Assembly (NCBI GenBank): GCA_044892525.1
Contig: CM097885.1
Span: 42,658,001-42,722,000, forward strand
Direction of reading: 5' to 3'
Origin: Schmidtea polychroa
Lineage: Eukaryota
DNA: 64,000 nt
The position numbers and the translations under genes are program-made. The notes beneath the pieces are model-generated. The model was not told where the DNA came from. It worked only from the letters and a program-made list of their open reading frames with translations, and searched no databases. Below, piece after piece: positions 16,597 to 30,900 of this stretch. Every line of letters begins with the position of its first letter. Within the stretch, counting starts at the first letter, position 1.

Positions 16597-17628
16597 GACT
16601 AAAAAATTAATAACTTTTGTACCACTGATGATAAAAATTATTTCTATGGCTTAAAAGATAGATTTTCGTCTGGCCTTCAAAATGATGTATAAATATTTAA
16701 ATAATTTTGAAAACTCAAAAAGTTCTGGGAAGTCAAAAGGTAGGTCACCGCTAGATCACTTAATAATATTTTTGAAAAATAATAATAATTTTAACCAAAT
16801 TAGTGTCTGACTAAAAAATTAATAACTTTTGTACCACTAATGATAAAAATTATTTCTATGGCTTAAAAGATAGATTTTCGTCTGGCCTTCAAAATGATGT
16901 ATAAATATTTAAATAATTTTGAAAATTGAAAAAGTTCTGGGAAGTCAAAAGGTAGGTCACCGCTAGATCACTTAATAATATTTTTGAAAAATAATAATAA
17001 TTTTAACCAAATTAGTGTCTGACTAAAAAATTAATAACTTTTGTACCACTGATGATAAAAATTATTTCTATGGCTTAAAAGATAGATTTTCGTCTGGCCT
17101 TCAAAATGATGTATAAATATTTAAATAATTTTGAAAACTCAAAAGGTTCTGGGAAGTCAAAAGGTAGGTCACCGCTAGATCACTTAATAATAATATGACC
17201 TTGAAAATAATAATATTTTGAAAAATAATAATAATTTTAACCAAATTAGTGTCTGATTAAAAAATTAATAACTTTTGTACCACTAATGATAAAAATTATT
17301 TCTATGGCTTAAAAGATAGATTTTCGTCTGGCCTTCAAAATGATGTATAAATATTTAAATAATTTTGAAAATTGAAAAAGTTCTGGGAAGTCAAAAGGTA
17401 GGTCACCGCTAGATCACTTAATAATATTTTTGAAAAATAATAATAATTTTAACCAAATTAGTGTCTGACTAAAAAATTAATAACTTTTGTACCACTGATG
17501 ATAAAAATTATTTCTATGGCTTAAAAGATAGATTTTCGTCTGGCCTTCAAAATGATGTATAAATATTTAAATAATTTTGAAAACTCAAAAAGTTCTGGGA
17601 AGTCAAAAGGTAGGTCACCGCTAGATCA
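16597..17628 (-). repeat. Inverted copy of the 212/234-bp satellite (5 units)
   Basis: GGTCACCGCTAGATCAC occurs five times; reverse complement of the array at 1-3075. Confidence 0.95.
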
Positions 17629-17806
17629 CGATAATTAAAACAAAAAAAAAAAGTTCTTTGTTTCAATGACCTTGATGAGTCATTGTCTTTGTTAAAAATT
17701 TGACCTTGAAAAAAAAATCTTAAAAAAATTTTTCCTGCCGGGGGGGGGGGGGGGGGGGTAGGTGATCTAGCGGTGACCTGATCTAGCGGTGACCAATCCA
17801 TCTACT

Positions 17807-18864
17807 TCTCTTCAATATTTGGTATTGGAAATCGAGGTCTCTCCGTAATTGCATTTAGTGCCCGAAAATCCAAACATATTCTAATATCTGATTTATTCTT
17901 TTTTAACACACATACCAATGGGCTATTCCACACCGAGTCACATTTTTTTTATAATTCCTGCTTCTTCCATGTCTTTTAGCATGTCTTGTATTTTGTGGGC
18001 AATATGAATCGGCTGACGTCTAGGATTAATTGTCACTGGGCTACCTCTAGTAACTATCTTATGTTTAATTAACTGTGTTTTTCCTACATCCCATTTATTT
18101 TTCATGAATATATCCGAAAATTCTTTAAGTAATTTATTAATCGTTGGGTCGATAATTCCTTTCAAATTGTTTTCCTCTAAATTCATTAATTGATTTTTTA
18201 ATTTTACTTTAGTTACTGCCTGTAATTTAATATCAAAACAATTCATCATTTCTACGCCTGCAATTACGCTCGGGTTAATCTTATTTGCCACAAAAAATCT
18301 TATTACCAATTCTAATCCCGAAATTCTCACTTTTAGTAATATTGTTCCTATGATTTTAAATGTGCTCTCGTTTGCACATGTAACCATAATATTGGATTCC
18401 CCTATTTTATCACGCATCTTTAATTTACTAACAACATCTTCGTTAATCACGTTTATTCTAGCCTCGGTATCCAAAAGACAATCAACTTTTATTTTATTTT
18501 CCAGCCAAATACCTACACTAGGTCTGCCATTCATTCTTTCGTAAACGAATTTAGGTGCAAAAGGTCTTTCTTTATTTTCATTAACTTTATTATTAATTAT
18601 ATCGATACTCATAATCTTATCAATTTTATTATTAATTTCATAAAAACTATATTCAAAATAATTTTCAAAGTCAAAACATTCATAATCATTCATAATTACA
18701 TCATTAATTTTTAAATCATCTTTAAATTCATTCATTACGGAAATCTTGAAATCACAAGCATTCAAATTCAAACATTCTGTGTCAACAATATACTTACTTA
18801 AACCAAATTTATGGCTCCTAGCAACTCCCTTGAAACTGGAGCCTCCCCTTTTAGCTGTTCGCAA
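17807..18864 (-). pseudogene. Ty3/Gypsy pol, 5' part (aspartic protease plus start of RT), frameshifted and truncated
   Basis: LLDTEARIN is a protease DTG motif altered to DTE. After a frameshift in an A-run near 17940 the frame reads WNSPLVCVKK..IRICLDFRALN..RPRFPIPNIEE, then stops at the end of element A. Confidence 0.9.
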
Positions 18865-19871
18865 TCTTTTTGCATGTCATCCTGTTGAATCAGCTCTCTT
18901 TCCTCGTATTCGTAGTCGTATATCGCATTGCATTGTCTTCGATGTGGTCCTCTGTCTGAAGATTGGTTTCTGCTTTGATATTGTCCTCTGGATCCAAATT
19001 GTTTTTGATTTCTATCATAATTTCTTCCGTTGTAATATGCTTCTGTTTTAACTGAATTTCTTCTGATGTCCCAACATTGATACTTAAAATGACCATTTTT
19101 GGAACATTGAGAGCATTTTACGTTTGGGCATTCTGCTCGAATATGTCCTTGCTCTCCACACGCCCAACATCTCTGCAGTTTAAATCGCCTGGTCCCGTTC
19201 TTCCAGTCACTTTTATTTGGCATATTGAAGTTCACGGCCTCATTGGTTCTAGAGTTAGAAAATATTGGCGTCTTATTCTGTTGGTACAACTGAGTTTTTC
19301 CCGTAATTTTGACTGTCTCCGCATATGATTTATTTTCATGTAGAGATGCTAATGATTGTTCACTTGAAAGCTCTTTTTGAATTTCTTCCATTCTTGATAT
19401 CACTTCCTTGGCCTTATCTACTGATGTAACTTCTCTTAATTTCAATTCTTTTTTTGTTTCCATATCTTCCATTGCATTCTGCATTAAAAATAACATTAAT
19501 GCCGGTTTTGTTAATTTGTGTCGAAGATCATTGTCGACGAGCTTTTCCACTTCATTGAAAAATTCGGTGCACGAGTCATTTCCTTTTCCATATCTTAAAG
19601 CTGCGTCTAGATCCATGGCTAGATTTTTCCTTGGCTCGAACGCTTTTCTTAATCTTTCTTCATAGCCTGAATAATCGCTCTGTACTTCTTCATATTTCTG
19701 GATCAACTCTACCGACAGAAAGGCCTTGGTAACAATTTCTTGAGTTTCTTGCGGTTGTTGAGTGACTTCGAAAAATCTCTTGAATTCCAAAATAAAAATT
19801 TCTAAATCACCATTTGGCAGCAATTGATTAGGTGGCTTGATATAGTTCTGGAGTCCTGGCGTGGTCGCCAT
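18798..19871 (-). CDS. gag: Gypsy Gag with two CCHC zinc knuckles
   Basis: CWACGEQGHIRAEC and CSQCSKNGHFKYQC. Probable ATG at 19871 overlaps the LTR end and PBS; the 3' end overlaps pol in the -1 frame. Confidence 0.88.
   Translation of the reverse strand: MATTPGLQNYIKPPNQLLPNGDLEIFILEFKRFFEVTQQPQETQEIVTKAFLSVELIQKYEEVQSDYSGYEERLRKAFEPRKNLAMDLDAALRYGKGNDSCTEFFNEVEKLVDNDLRHKLTKPALMLFLMQNAMEDMETKKELKLREVTSVDKAKEVISRMEEIQKELSSEQSLASLHENKSYAETVKITGKTQLYQQNKTPIFSNSRTNEAVNFNMPNKSDWKNGTRRFKLQRCWACGEQGHIRAECPNVKCSQCSKNGHFKYQCWDIRRNSVKTEAYYNGRNYDRNQKQFGSRGQYQSRNQSSDRGPHRRQCNAIYDYEYEERELIQQDDMQKDCEQLKGEAPVSRELLGAINLV
19851..19870 (-). promoter_or_regulatory. Primer-binding site, probably for tRNA-Arg(UCG)
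   Basis: TGGCGACCACGCCAGGACTC directly follows the LTR end ...CTAACA. Its complement ...CGTGGTCGCCA resembles the 3' end of metazoan tRNA-Arg(TCG). Confidence 0.75.
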
Positions 19872-21566
19872 GTTAGAAGAAGACATAGTTTCACAGAAAT
19901 CTTTATTCACTTCAAAAATCTAAACGGAACACACAATCGTTATACTATTTATAGTACATTGAATTGCGTAATCTACAAAAGGGAGAATTATTAGTTTAAG
20001 TGATACTGTTGACACAGAAGACAAACATACTTACTTAATTTAGTCATACAAGCATTCCCGCATCATTCAATAGACATCAAGGTCTAGTGACCTGGTTATG
20101 TAAGTAATTCGTTGGAAATTATTATATCATCTTACACTTCTAATACACACTTTACTGAGACAACCACCCTTTAAACAAATCTTTTGCTCTGCACACTTTT
20201 CAATTTCAATCTAAATCTTGCGCAGGGATTAATCTTCCAACGGAAGATGTCCTTTTCTGGTACTCTAGATTCGAAAATATTTAGTTTTCACTAAGTTAAA
20301 CTCAACTTTGCTTCCTTTCGCTAGAATATCCTTTTTTTCTTCGACCTACTGGGCATTCTATTTACTTGCCGGTCGCTTTTATACCCATCTCGTAATTTTA
20401 CTATTCCCTAATCAAATTACTTTGGATCCTTTTCCCGGGGTTCCTCTTACCGACTTAATTAGTTTGGGCAAATTGCTCGTTTTTTGATGGCTTGCCTCAA
20501 TTTAATTATTTATCGGCTGATTTAATTGCCTCTAGCTAATTTGATTGACCACTCAAGTCTTCTCACACTGCTCGGATTCTCCATTGTGTTGATATTTAAC
20601 AAGGGAGGTACAAATGAGGTGAAAAATCAATAAAAACACCAAATTCACAACAATAAGTTAAAGTACAAAATATTAATTAAAAAAACAAAAAATTTAATAA
20701 ATGAGTATTTTCTGGGGGAAACTGCTATGGGGGATGCCGAACAATTATACGAGTTCAAATATAATAAAATAAAATCAATGGGGGCTCATAAAAAGAATTA
20801 ATTACAAAAAACTAAAATTAATTAAAAAATTAATTAGCTAATGGGAAACCCGAACGATGTGAGAGAACCTGAATGGTATATCAAATTAGTAGAGACATTT
20901 AAATTAGCCGATGAATAATAAAATTGGTACAAACCGTCAAAGGAGACGAGCGAATTCCCAAAGTAATTAGAGTGACAAGAAGAAGCCAGGGGGAAATTGG
21001 GTCCGAAATAATTTGACACAATTAAATCAAATTACGAGATGGGTATAAAAGCCACCGGCAAGTAAACAGAATTGACAGTAGGTCGAAGAAAAGTAAACGA
21101 ACAACGAAGGTACAGAACAAAAAATTTGTGTAAAGTTGTAGTTTTTTCATTAAAGAGTGTGATTGATAAAAGTGTAATTGTATTAGTCTTGAATAAAGAT
21201 TTTGTGTTGAGTTGTTTAACTTAATTTCAAAAAGAACACAAAGGAGTCAGACAGTGATACCGACTTGCACAAAATACCCAACAATTGACTCGGATTTTCC
21301 ATTAGCTCGGGTTTTGTATTAGCTAATTGATTTTTAATTAATTTTAGATTTTTGTAATTATATCCTTCTAGGGGCCCCATTGACTTTATTTTTATCATAT
21401 TTGAACTCGTCTCATTGTTCGACATCCGCTCATACCAGTTTCCCCGGAAAATATTCATTTTAAATTTGTTTTTATATTTTAATTAATATTTTTGTACTTT
21501 AAATTAATATTGTGAATTTGATGTCTTTTCACCTCATTGTTGTGCCTCTCTTGTTGAACACCAACA
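19871..21566 (-). mobile_element. Gypsy 5' LTR (about 1 kb), interrupted by a solo LTR
   Basis: TGTTGG...CTAACA on the minus strand. With 20587-21283 removed it is colinear with the LTR copy at 47742-48334. Confidence 0.8.
20587..21283 (+). mobile_element. Solo LTR (697 bp) of a related Gypsy family, in opposite orientation
   Basis: TGTTG...CAACA ends, a 4-bp TSD ATTG on both sides, and homology to the host LTR. Confidence 0.82.
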
Positions 21567-23968
21567 ATAATATTTTTAACTTAGTCATTGTTACTTAAAC
21601 GAATAGAAGAAATAAAACTTGCAGAAACGCTTAAAAGACGAATTTGTTGAATGATATATTCAATAACTTATGAAGTGATACCTGATAAATATCAGTACTG
21701 ATTACAAAATAAGAATAATTAATACTTTCATGTCCATGTGATATCCTAAAATCCTCACGATGTTAATATTACCTCTGGAAAAGGATGTGCTGAAATAACA
21801 TCTTTGAATAAATTTGTATATGTTTGTTAGCGCATGAAAACCAGGTGGTGGAACCATACCTTGCAACTCCATTGCAATTCAAAAGCATCTTACACTCCTG
21901 GAAAGTTTCTAATGAAATTAAGAACCGTAAGAAGCGACCCCATAACAATGATGCGAAGATCTTTAGATGGTAAGTAAATTCAATGGACAATTGGATTCTT
22001 TAAATCAGCTGAAGATTGTAGAATTTATAACAGCATTAAAACAATAGCTAATTACGATTCATAGGTTTTGCATGGTTTGCATGATGATAAATAATGATCT
22101 AATTCTGATATAAATAAATTAGAAAAAAATTCAAGAAATAATTTTTTTACTTTTGATTGTCGTCTGATATGTCGTTGGGATTGCTAAGAAAAGGAAATTT
22201 AATAAAGGTTTATTATTATATAAAAATAAATATTATTTATAATATTCATTTTTCAACTGACAGTATTATCGAAATCTACAGAAAACTTATATGAAGAAGT
22301 TTGCTGAAACAATATTTTCAATCAATTCTAGAATTCACTTAAAATAAAAATATAAGGAAATTATTCCCATTGAATTCTTAAATAAATAAATATTATAAAA
22401 TTCGGATAAAAATCATGTCTAAAACAATCTATTTCAATGAAAAATTTCTGTGAAACTTTTTATTAATTATTGCGTATGTTGTTTTAAGTCTCAAAAATCT
22501 CTAACATCAGACCTATTTCATCGAGATTGTATATGCCAATCCTCCACCAAATGTTTCTGCTTCTCAAAGAACATTGTTTACCAAATTACTTGCACAAGAT
22601 GTGACGCATAGTACATAGGCGAAACACATTGAACGTTATTATTATTTTATTAAATTTTGTGGAATTGATGTAAAAATGTCTGAAAATGAAGATATGTTAA
22701 ATTTATCTAATGTAAAATTGGATCTAAAATAAATAATCACAGGGCTAAATAGGCTATTTTGGGTGGCAATATTTATTTGCTTCTTACAAGTTTTTTGTTA
22801 TTATTAGTTATTAGTCATTTAAATTTTTCATTTTCATTTTATTTGTTTTCACGTATTTTTAAATTAAAACAATTTCTTTTTATATTGAAATATGATGTAA
22901 TGACAAACTATATTACAATAATTTATAATAGCATAAACTTCGATAGACGACTTACCGTGATGAAAAGACATTATTACCTGAACAGAAGGCAAAAAACATC
23001 CAGATATATTTCCTAGAAAAACAAAATAGTATGTACCAATTCAATAGGCTAATATTGTTACACCTAATTCCGAAATATAAAAGTTGAAAAAATCGATAAA
23101 GTAATAGTATAGGAACGCAGAAACCTACCTGTGTAAAAATTTAATGTTTCAAAACTTAAACGTTTTTATTTAGAAATTGAGAAAGTGTCAGAAAAATAAT
23201 TTTACATACATAATAAAAAATACATGCAAATTTTTTATAACGTTTTTCGTTTAAATATTTAAAAGTGATTAACATATTGTTAACATATTATCATTTTCAA
23301 TATATCAAAAATCATGGGGAAAAATTGTTGATCTAAAATCGGACAACTCTACTTTGAGCTGTAGAGAAATAGACGATAAAACATCGTAAGATCTAATCAT
23401 AAAATAATTTTAAATTTAATATTTTTTTAGATTTTCAAATATTTCTCTAAAAAAATTGACAATGTAAGATTTATTCATATATTGAACAAGCTCCATAGAA
23501 TTTCTTTGGATTTGCAAGGAAAATATCGAAAATTATATATTTTAATAACTTATTTAAAAAAAATATTTTCATCGTATTAGAGAACATGACAAAATTCGAC
23601 TAATTAATATCTTTAAAAATGTTGGAAATTATGAAGAATTTGGAAGATTACTTGTAATCACCAAAAAATCGATTGGAACAATAACTTACAGATATAAAAA
23701 ATATGGAGAAATTTACAAAGGAAAGAGGTAGAAGAAGACAAATTATTTCAGAAGATCAGGGATATAATCTGTTGGATTTCGTAGAATCCATCTTTATATG
23801 TTGGTGATTACTTTATTTATTTATAGTTAAAAATATATCTGACTTACATTATATCGAAATAATTCCAAATAATTCTAAAAATAATTGCATAATATTTCAT
23901 AAAAATACTAACAAACCTGAAAATTAATTAAAAATAAATTATAATACAAATGTTGACTAAAAGTAATA

Positions 23969-24181
23969 CCGTATATACTCGCGTATAAGTCAAATAAATT
24001 TTAAGAGGTTTTTAAGTCCTAAATTGGAAACCCATGTATAAGTCGAAGTAACAAAAATTAAAAAAAGGTTTAATGATTTCATGAAAAATTAATTTGTAAG
24101 TATTTTGACCTGTGTATAAGTCGAAGTGGCTATTTTGATTTGAAAATTTGACGTAAGTTTCTCGATTTATACGTGAGTATA
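23969..24181. mobile_element. pogo/Tc1-type MITE (TA-flanked) whose right TIR is split by element B; remainder at 41107-41117
   Basis: Left TIR is TA|CCGTATATACTCGCGTATAA. The reconstructed right TIR is TTATACGTG-AGTATA-TACGG|TA. Confidence 0.85.
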
Positions 24182-24210
24182 AGTAGGTAGATAGTAGCGC
24201 ACTGCAGCAA

Positions 24211-26260
24211 TAGTGAGGGGGTCTCGATGGTCCTGGGATTTTCAATACAAAAAAAAATTTTTCTATACAAAAACAATGGTCCTGGGATTTTCAATACAAA
24301 TAAAATTTTTTCAATACAAAAAGGCGGTCTCACTAAAAAAGCATGGAATTTTCAGACTATAGTGAGGGGGTCTCGATGGTCCTGGGATTTTCAATACAAA
24401 AAAAATTTTTCTATACAAAAACGATGGTCCTGGGATTTTCAATACAAAAAAAATTTTTTCAATACAAAAATCCGACTATCAATAAAAAAGCCAAGGAATT
24501 TTCAGACTATAGTGAGGGGGTCTCGATGGTCCTGGGATTTTCAATACAAATAAAATTTTTTCTATACAAAAACGATGGTCCTGGGATTTTCAATACAAAT
24601 AAAATTTTTTCTATACAAAAACGATGGTCCTGGAATTTTCAATACAAATAAAATATTTTCTATACAAAAATCCTACTATCAATAAAAAAGCCAAGGATTT
24701 ATCACGCTATAGTGAGGTGAGTCTCCTTGGTCCTGAGAAAAAGGTGGTCTACACTAAAAAGCATGGTAATTTAAGGTCTCAGGATATTTTCAATACAAAT
24801 AGGTGGTCTACACTAAAAAAGCCAAGGATTTATCACACTATAGTGAGGGGGTCTCGATGGTCCTAGGATTTTCAATACAAATAAAATTTTTTCAATACAA
24901 AAACGATGGTCCTGGGATTTTCAATACAAAAAATTTTTTTCTATACAAAAATCCGACTATCAATAAAAAAGCATGGAATTTTCAGACTATAGTGAGGGGG
25001 TCTCGATGGTCCTGGGATTTTCAATACAAAAATCCGACTACCACTAAAAAAGCATGGAATTTTCTAGGTCAATTCAGGTGGGTCTCCTTGGTCCTGGGAT
25101 TTTCAATACAAAAAAAATTTTTCTATACAAAAATCCGACTACCAATAAAAAGCCTGGATTATTCACGCTATAGTGAAGGGGTCTCGATGGTCCTGGGAAT
25201 TTCAATACAAAAATCCGACTACCACTAAAAAAGCCAAGGATTTTTCAGACTATAGTGAGGTGAGTCTCCTTGGTCCTGAGAAATAGGTGGTCTACACTAA
25301 AAAGCATGGTAATTTAAGGTCTCGGGATATTTTCAATACAAAAAGCTGGTCTACACTAAAAAAAGCATGGTAATTTAAGGTCTCAGGATATTTTCAATAC
25401 AAAAATCCGACTACCACTAAAAAAGCATGGTAATTTAAGGTCTCAGGATATTTTCAATACAAATAGGTGGTCTACACTAAAAAAGCCAAGGATTTTTCAG
25501 ACTATAGTGAGGTGAGTCTCCTTGGTCCTGAGAAATAGGTGGTCTACACTAAAAAGCATGGTAATTTAAGGTCTCGGGATATTTTCAATACAAAAAGCTG
25601 GTCTACACTAAAAAAAGCATGGTAATTTAAGGTCTCAGGATATTTTCAATACAAATAGGCGGTCTACACTAAAAAAGCCAAGGATTTTTCAGACTATATT
25701 GAGGTGAGTCTCCTTGGACCTGAGAAAAAGGTGGTCTACACTAAAAAACGTGGTAAATTTTTCAATTAAAGTAAATAATGGTTCTAAAAAATTAAATTAA
25801 AGTAAATTATGGTCCAAATTTTTCAATTAAAGTCAATAATGGTCCAAATTTTTCAATTAAAGTAAATAATGGTCCAATTTTTTCAATTACAGTAAATAAT
25901 GGTTCTAAAAAAATTAAATTACAGTAAATATTGGTTCTAAAAAATTAAATTACAGTAAATTATGGTTCTAAAAATTAAATTAAAGTAAATTATGGTCCAA
26001 ATTTTTCAATTAAAGTAAATAATGGTCCAAATTTTTAAATTAAAGTAAATTATGGTCCAAATTTTTGAATTAAAGTAAATTATGGTCCAAATTTTTAAAT
26101 TAAAGTAAATTAAGGTTCTTAAAAATTAAATTACAGTAAATAATGGTCCAAATTTTAAAATTAAGTAATCAATGGTAAAAAAATTTTAAATAAGTAAATT
26201 AAAGTAATAATTTTTAAATAAGTAAATTAAAGTAATGTAATAAGTAAATTAAAGTAAGAT
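24211..26260 (+). repeat. Subterminal complex tandem repeats of element B (mirror at about 38870-40990)
   Basis: Shuffled modules TAGTGAGGGGGTCTCGATGG, TCCTGGGATTTTCAATACAAA and GGTCTACACTAAAAAAGC, followed by ~30-bp AATTAAAGTAAATAATGGTCCAAATTTTTC units. Confidence 0.92.
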
Positions 26261-27457
26261 TTTAAAATTTATTAACAAAAAGTAGAAATAATAGAAGGTG
26301 TTTGAGAATTGAAATTTTTTAATGAAAATTTTAATGAAATATTTTTCAATGGTAATTTTTAATGGAAATTTTTATGGAATAATTTTTTAAGTTAATTTTT
26401 AATGGAAATTTTTAAGAAATATTTTTCAATGATAATTTTAGATGGAAATTTTTAAGATAATTTTTAATGAAAATTTTTATGAAATATTTTTCAAAGACAA
26501 ATTTTAATAATAATTCAACAACAAACCAACAACTTAGTACCAACAACCAGTAACTTACGAACATGTATTTGCAACCAGTTACCTAAAACTAGATACTAAC
26601 AACCAGTTACCTGATACCAAGTACAAGATACCAAATAATAACAACCGACAATAACCAAGTACTAAGCCATGTCAATTAGATACCAAGTACTTACAACCAA
26701 CATCAACCAGATACCTACAACTAGATACCAACAACCAGTTACCAACTACTAAGTACCTACAACCAACTATGTACTTACAACCAACATCAACCAGATACTA
26801 AGCATTATATACCAAGTACTAACAACTAGATAACAAGTACTAAGCCCTGTCAACTAGATATCAAGTACTAAATAACTCTCAAACAACCAAGTACCTACAA
26901 CTAATTACCAGATACCAAGTACTATCAACCAGCTAACAACCTGATACCAACTACTCACAACCAGATAACAACTAACAACCAACTACCAAGTACTTACAAC
27001 TAGTTACTAACAACTAGCTACCAACTACTAAGTACTAACAACCAACATCAACCAGGTACTAGATACCAAGTACTAACAACCAAGTAACTTACCTAGTAAT
27101 AAGCACTGTCAACTAGGTACCAAGCACTTACAAGCAGATGACCACATGAAATTATTGGTTAAATATGAAAATAAGGATTATATTTAGTTGTTTAGTAAAT
27201 TATGGTGTAAAATTAAGAAATAAAGAATAATTAGGTAAATTAAGGATAAGTAAATTAAAGTTAAAAATTTTAAATTAAAGAAAACAATGGTTCAAAATTT
27301 AAAATTAAGTATCCAATGGTTCAAATTTTAAATTAAAGCTAAAGTAAGATTTTTAAATTTATTATCAAAAGATTGAATAACCACCAACTTTTTTGAGAAA
27401 TGTAATTTATAATGAAAATTTAAATGGAAATTTAAATGGAATAATAATAATAATAAT

Positions 27458-27530
<73 letters not shown>

Positions 27531-27953
27531 TACTAATAATTCAACAGTTACCAACAATCGGTTACTGATTATTTTTTAACTAGGTGCTAACAAATACTTA
27601 CACCATGATACCACGTACTAACTAACTCTCAAACAACCAGATACTTACAACTAACTACTAAATATTCTTTATTGTATTTTATGAAATGCTTTTTAAATTA
27701 ATTTTTTATCTATCTTCAAAAATATATTTAATTACAATCATTAGAAAAACCTTTTCAAATTTAACAAAAATGTTGATTTTCATCAAAAAACCACAACTCA
27801 TCACCACGTGGAATTCAAAATAATTTAAATGAAAGACTAATGAATTCTAATTTACAAAACATTCTTCTTTTAATTGATAACTACTGACTTATTATCGCAA
27901 TGTAAAAATCGCATTCAATAAATACTTATTGTTGATCAGTTTTATTATATATA

Positions 27954-30900
27954 CTCTGAGTTTATCCGACAGGATGTTTTGACCCCCCTAAGGGTACAGG
28001 TCGTAAGGGTACAGGTCGTAAGGGTACTGGTCGTAAGGGTATTAGTCGTAGGGGTATTGATCACTCTCAATCCCCACCTACTCATTAATTAGCTACCATG
28101 TACTAACCACTAGGTTTCAAACAACTAAATACTAAACACTTACAACCATGTACTAACAACCACCATCAAAACCCATCGAGAAATTAACAAATATCAACCT
28201 ACAACTAGATACTTACAACCAGATACCTGCTACCAAGTACTTACAACAAGATACCAAGTACCAACAATCAACTAACCACACATAAAAATAATAGCAATTA
28301 AATACAAAATATTCTTCATCACATACAATATCTTCTTATCAAAATCTAAAAAGTCAATCAGATACCAACTACCAACTACCAAATACAAGAAACCAACTAC
28401 CTAGAACCAACAACTATGTACTAACAAATTGATCTTTAAAAGAAAAATACTCATCACTTGAAAAATTAGATGGAAAATTAATTGAACTCAAGGCACTTTT
28501 AAGATATTTGAACTCAAGGCATCAATAACTTGGTAAAAATTGATTAAATTATTGTAAAAATTTAAATTATTCAAAATATACTAAATTAAAAAAATATAAT
28601 TAATGGACAAGAAAGAACTTTAAATTCTAGTCATTGATCATTCAAGTTAATATGAATCAACTAAGATAATAAATTAATAAGAATTTTGAAATAAGATCTA
28701 GTAGATAATTGATTTAGATTGAATAAATTAATTTAAATAAAATAAAATTTAATTATTTTTTTTAAAGTAATACATGTACTCAAATTGATTGACTGATTTC
28801 TCAATATATTCAAAAAAAATCAGTATAAATTCATTACAATTATCAAAGTCAGCAATCTACAATAAAAATAATTATCATTAAATTCCAAAAGAGACTAGAT
28901 AACTAATGATAGTATCTAACAAACCAGTAAATTCATTTAAATGGCAATAATTGGTATATCCAAGTGAATTCTCTAATAAAATCATCTAAAAAGCATCATT
29001 TTCCCTAAATATATCAATATTTAAAGGTTGGTATTGTAATGATAAATACTTGTTAAAGATCATATATTCTCATCAAACTAATAAGATTCCTTAAAATCCC
29101 TTAAATGACTATATTTCTACCCTTAATTCATATTATTACAAATAATTCATTAAAATCATCTAAAAAGCATCATTTCCCCTAAATAAATCAATATTTAAAG
29201 ATTGATATTTTAATGATAAGTACCCGTAAAGGATCATATATTCCCCTCAGACTAATAAGATTGCTTAAAGTCCCATTTAAATGACTATAATTCTAACTTT
29301 AATTCCTATTATCACGAATATTTCCCTATAAAACATGTAAAATCATTAACCCTAAATAATTTATAAAATCTAATGATAAAAGTGGTTATAATTAACTTTT
29401 TGTTAATCACTGTACTCGAAATTTAAAATAAATATAACTGACTAGGTCCCATTAAAAGATTAAATTTATCCATTCAATAAAATATATTTCTTCAAATGAT
29501 CATTTTTACCAATATTCAACCGATTTAATTACTAATTAAAATCAAGATTTCTTCCAATAAAGATCAATTTTATTTAGTCGATGTTTTAAGTCCATATTTC
29601 TAAACTTTTGTCATTCTCCGCCTAAATAAAGATAAAAATAAATTAAAGTTGATATCAATCCCAATTATCTGTAAAGATTTCATTGTCAAAACCAAGTAAA
29701 TCGATCATTATCCCTACTTAATAAAACATTGTTCTAAATTAATTTACTGTGCATTAATCACAACCTAATAAAACGATATAATTATTATTGATTCATAACT
29801 GACTAATGTATTGCAATTTCCTTAAAAATCATTGATATTTTACCAACATCACCCTTAAAAAATCATATATTCCCATCGAAACCCTTCCCTCATTAAAAGC
29901 AACCGACTATATCTCCCTTACAATAATATATTCCCATCTTAACCCATCTCACATTAAATCTAACCGACTATATCCCCTTAAAAGATCATATTTTCCCCAT
30001 CTTAACCGATCTCTCATTAAATCTAACCAACAATATCCCATCTTAACCGATCTCTCATTAAATCTAACCGACTATATCCCTTTAAAAATCATATATTCCC
30101 ATCTCTCATTAAATCTAATCGATAATATCCCATCTTATCCGATCTCTCAGCAAATATTTCTACCCTTTTAAACATCTATCCGATTATATCCCTTAATTTC
30201 CCTAAAGATTCCACCCACTTGAACCCTTTAATATATATCAATCCTCTTAATATCCTTAGAGAACTTCAAAAAGTATGAATTTTCATAAACTGTTAAAGAC
30301 ACCAGGCATTCTTCCATTGAAATAATTTAGAAGCTAAATAATAAGAGCCCACTAAAAGATCAAAATTTACTAAAATTTTCTACAAATATTTACCATCAAA
30401 TACTGGAGATGATATATATTGATTGATCATAATTCTTCATCGATTCAACCAATCATTTTCAAGCAATAACAGCAAACTAAATTTCTGTATATCCTACAAT
30501 AATTATCAAGTAAATTTAAAGTCATTGATAAATATTCTTAGAAAATTATTGAAAAAAATTATCTAGTCAAATATATTACAAAGTTATCATCAAAAATTTA
30601 TTCTATCACTTAATTATTAACCTAATTGTCAATGAAATTAATTTTTATTTAAAAACTATTCAATAAAATACAACTAATTATCAAGAAATTAACTAAATTT
30701 ATCAATTAAATTTATCACCATTAAAACTTTTAATCAGTCAACATGAAATTCTTAGAAAATTATTCAATATCCTCATAAAAATTTATCCTACCACTTCATT
30801 ATTGTAAAATCTCTAATTATTAACCTCATTGAAAATAATTTTTATTTAAAATTAAAAAAAAAAACAAGTCAATAAAAATACATCCAATTATCAAGAAATT

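Noticed and set aside
21769..21990. Possible exon or ORF between the Gypsy LTR and element B
   Set aside because: No recognisable motif and no consistent gene model on either strand.
24012..25228. Overlapping ORFs with repeated WSWDFQYK / MVLGFSIQ (mirror at 39820-41124)
   Set aside because: Open in several frames and on both strands because of tandem DNA repeats; no coding signature.
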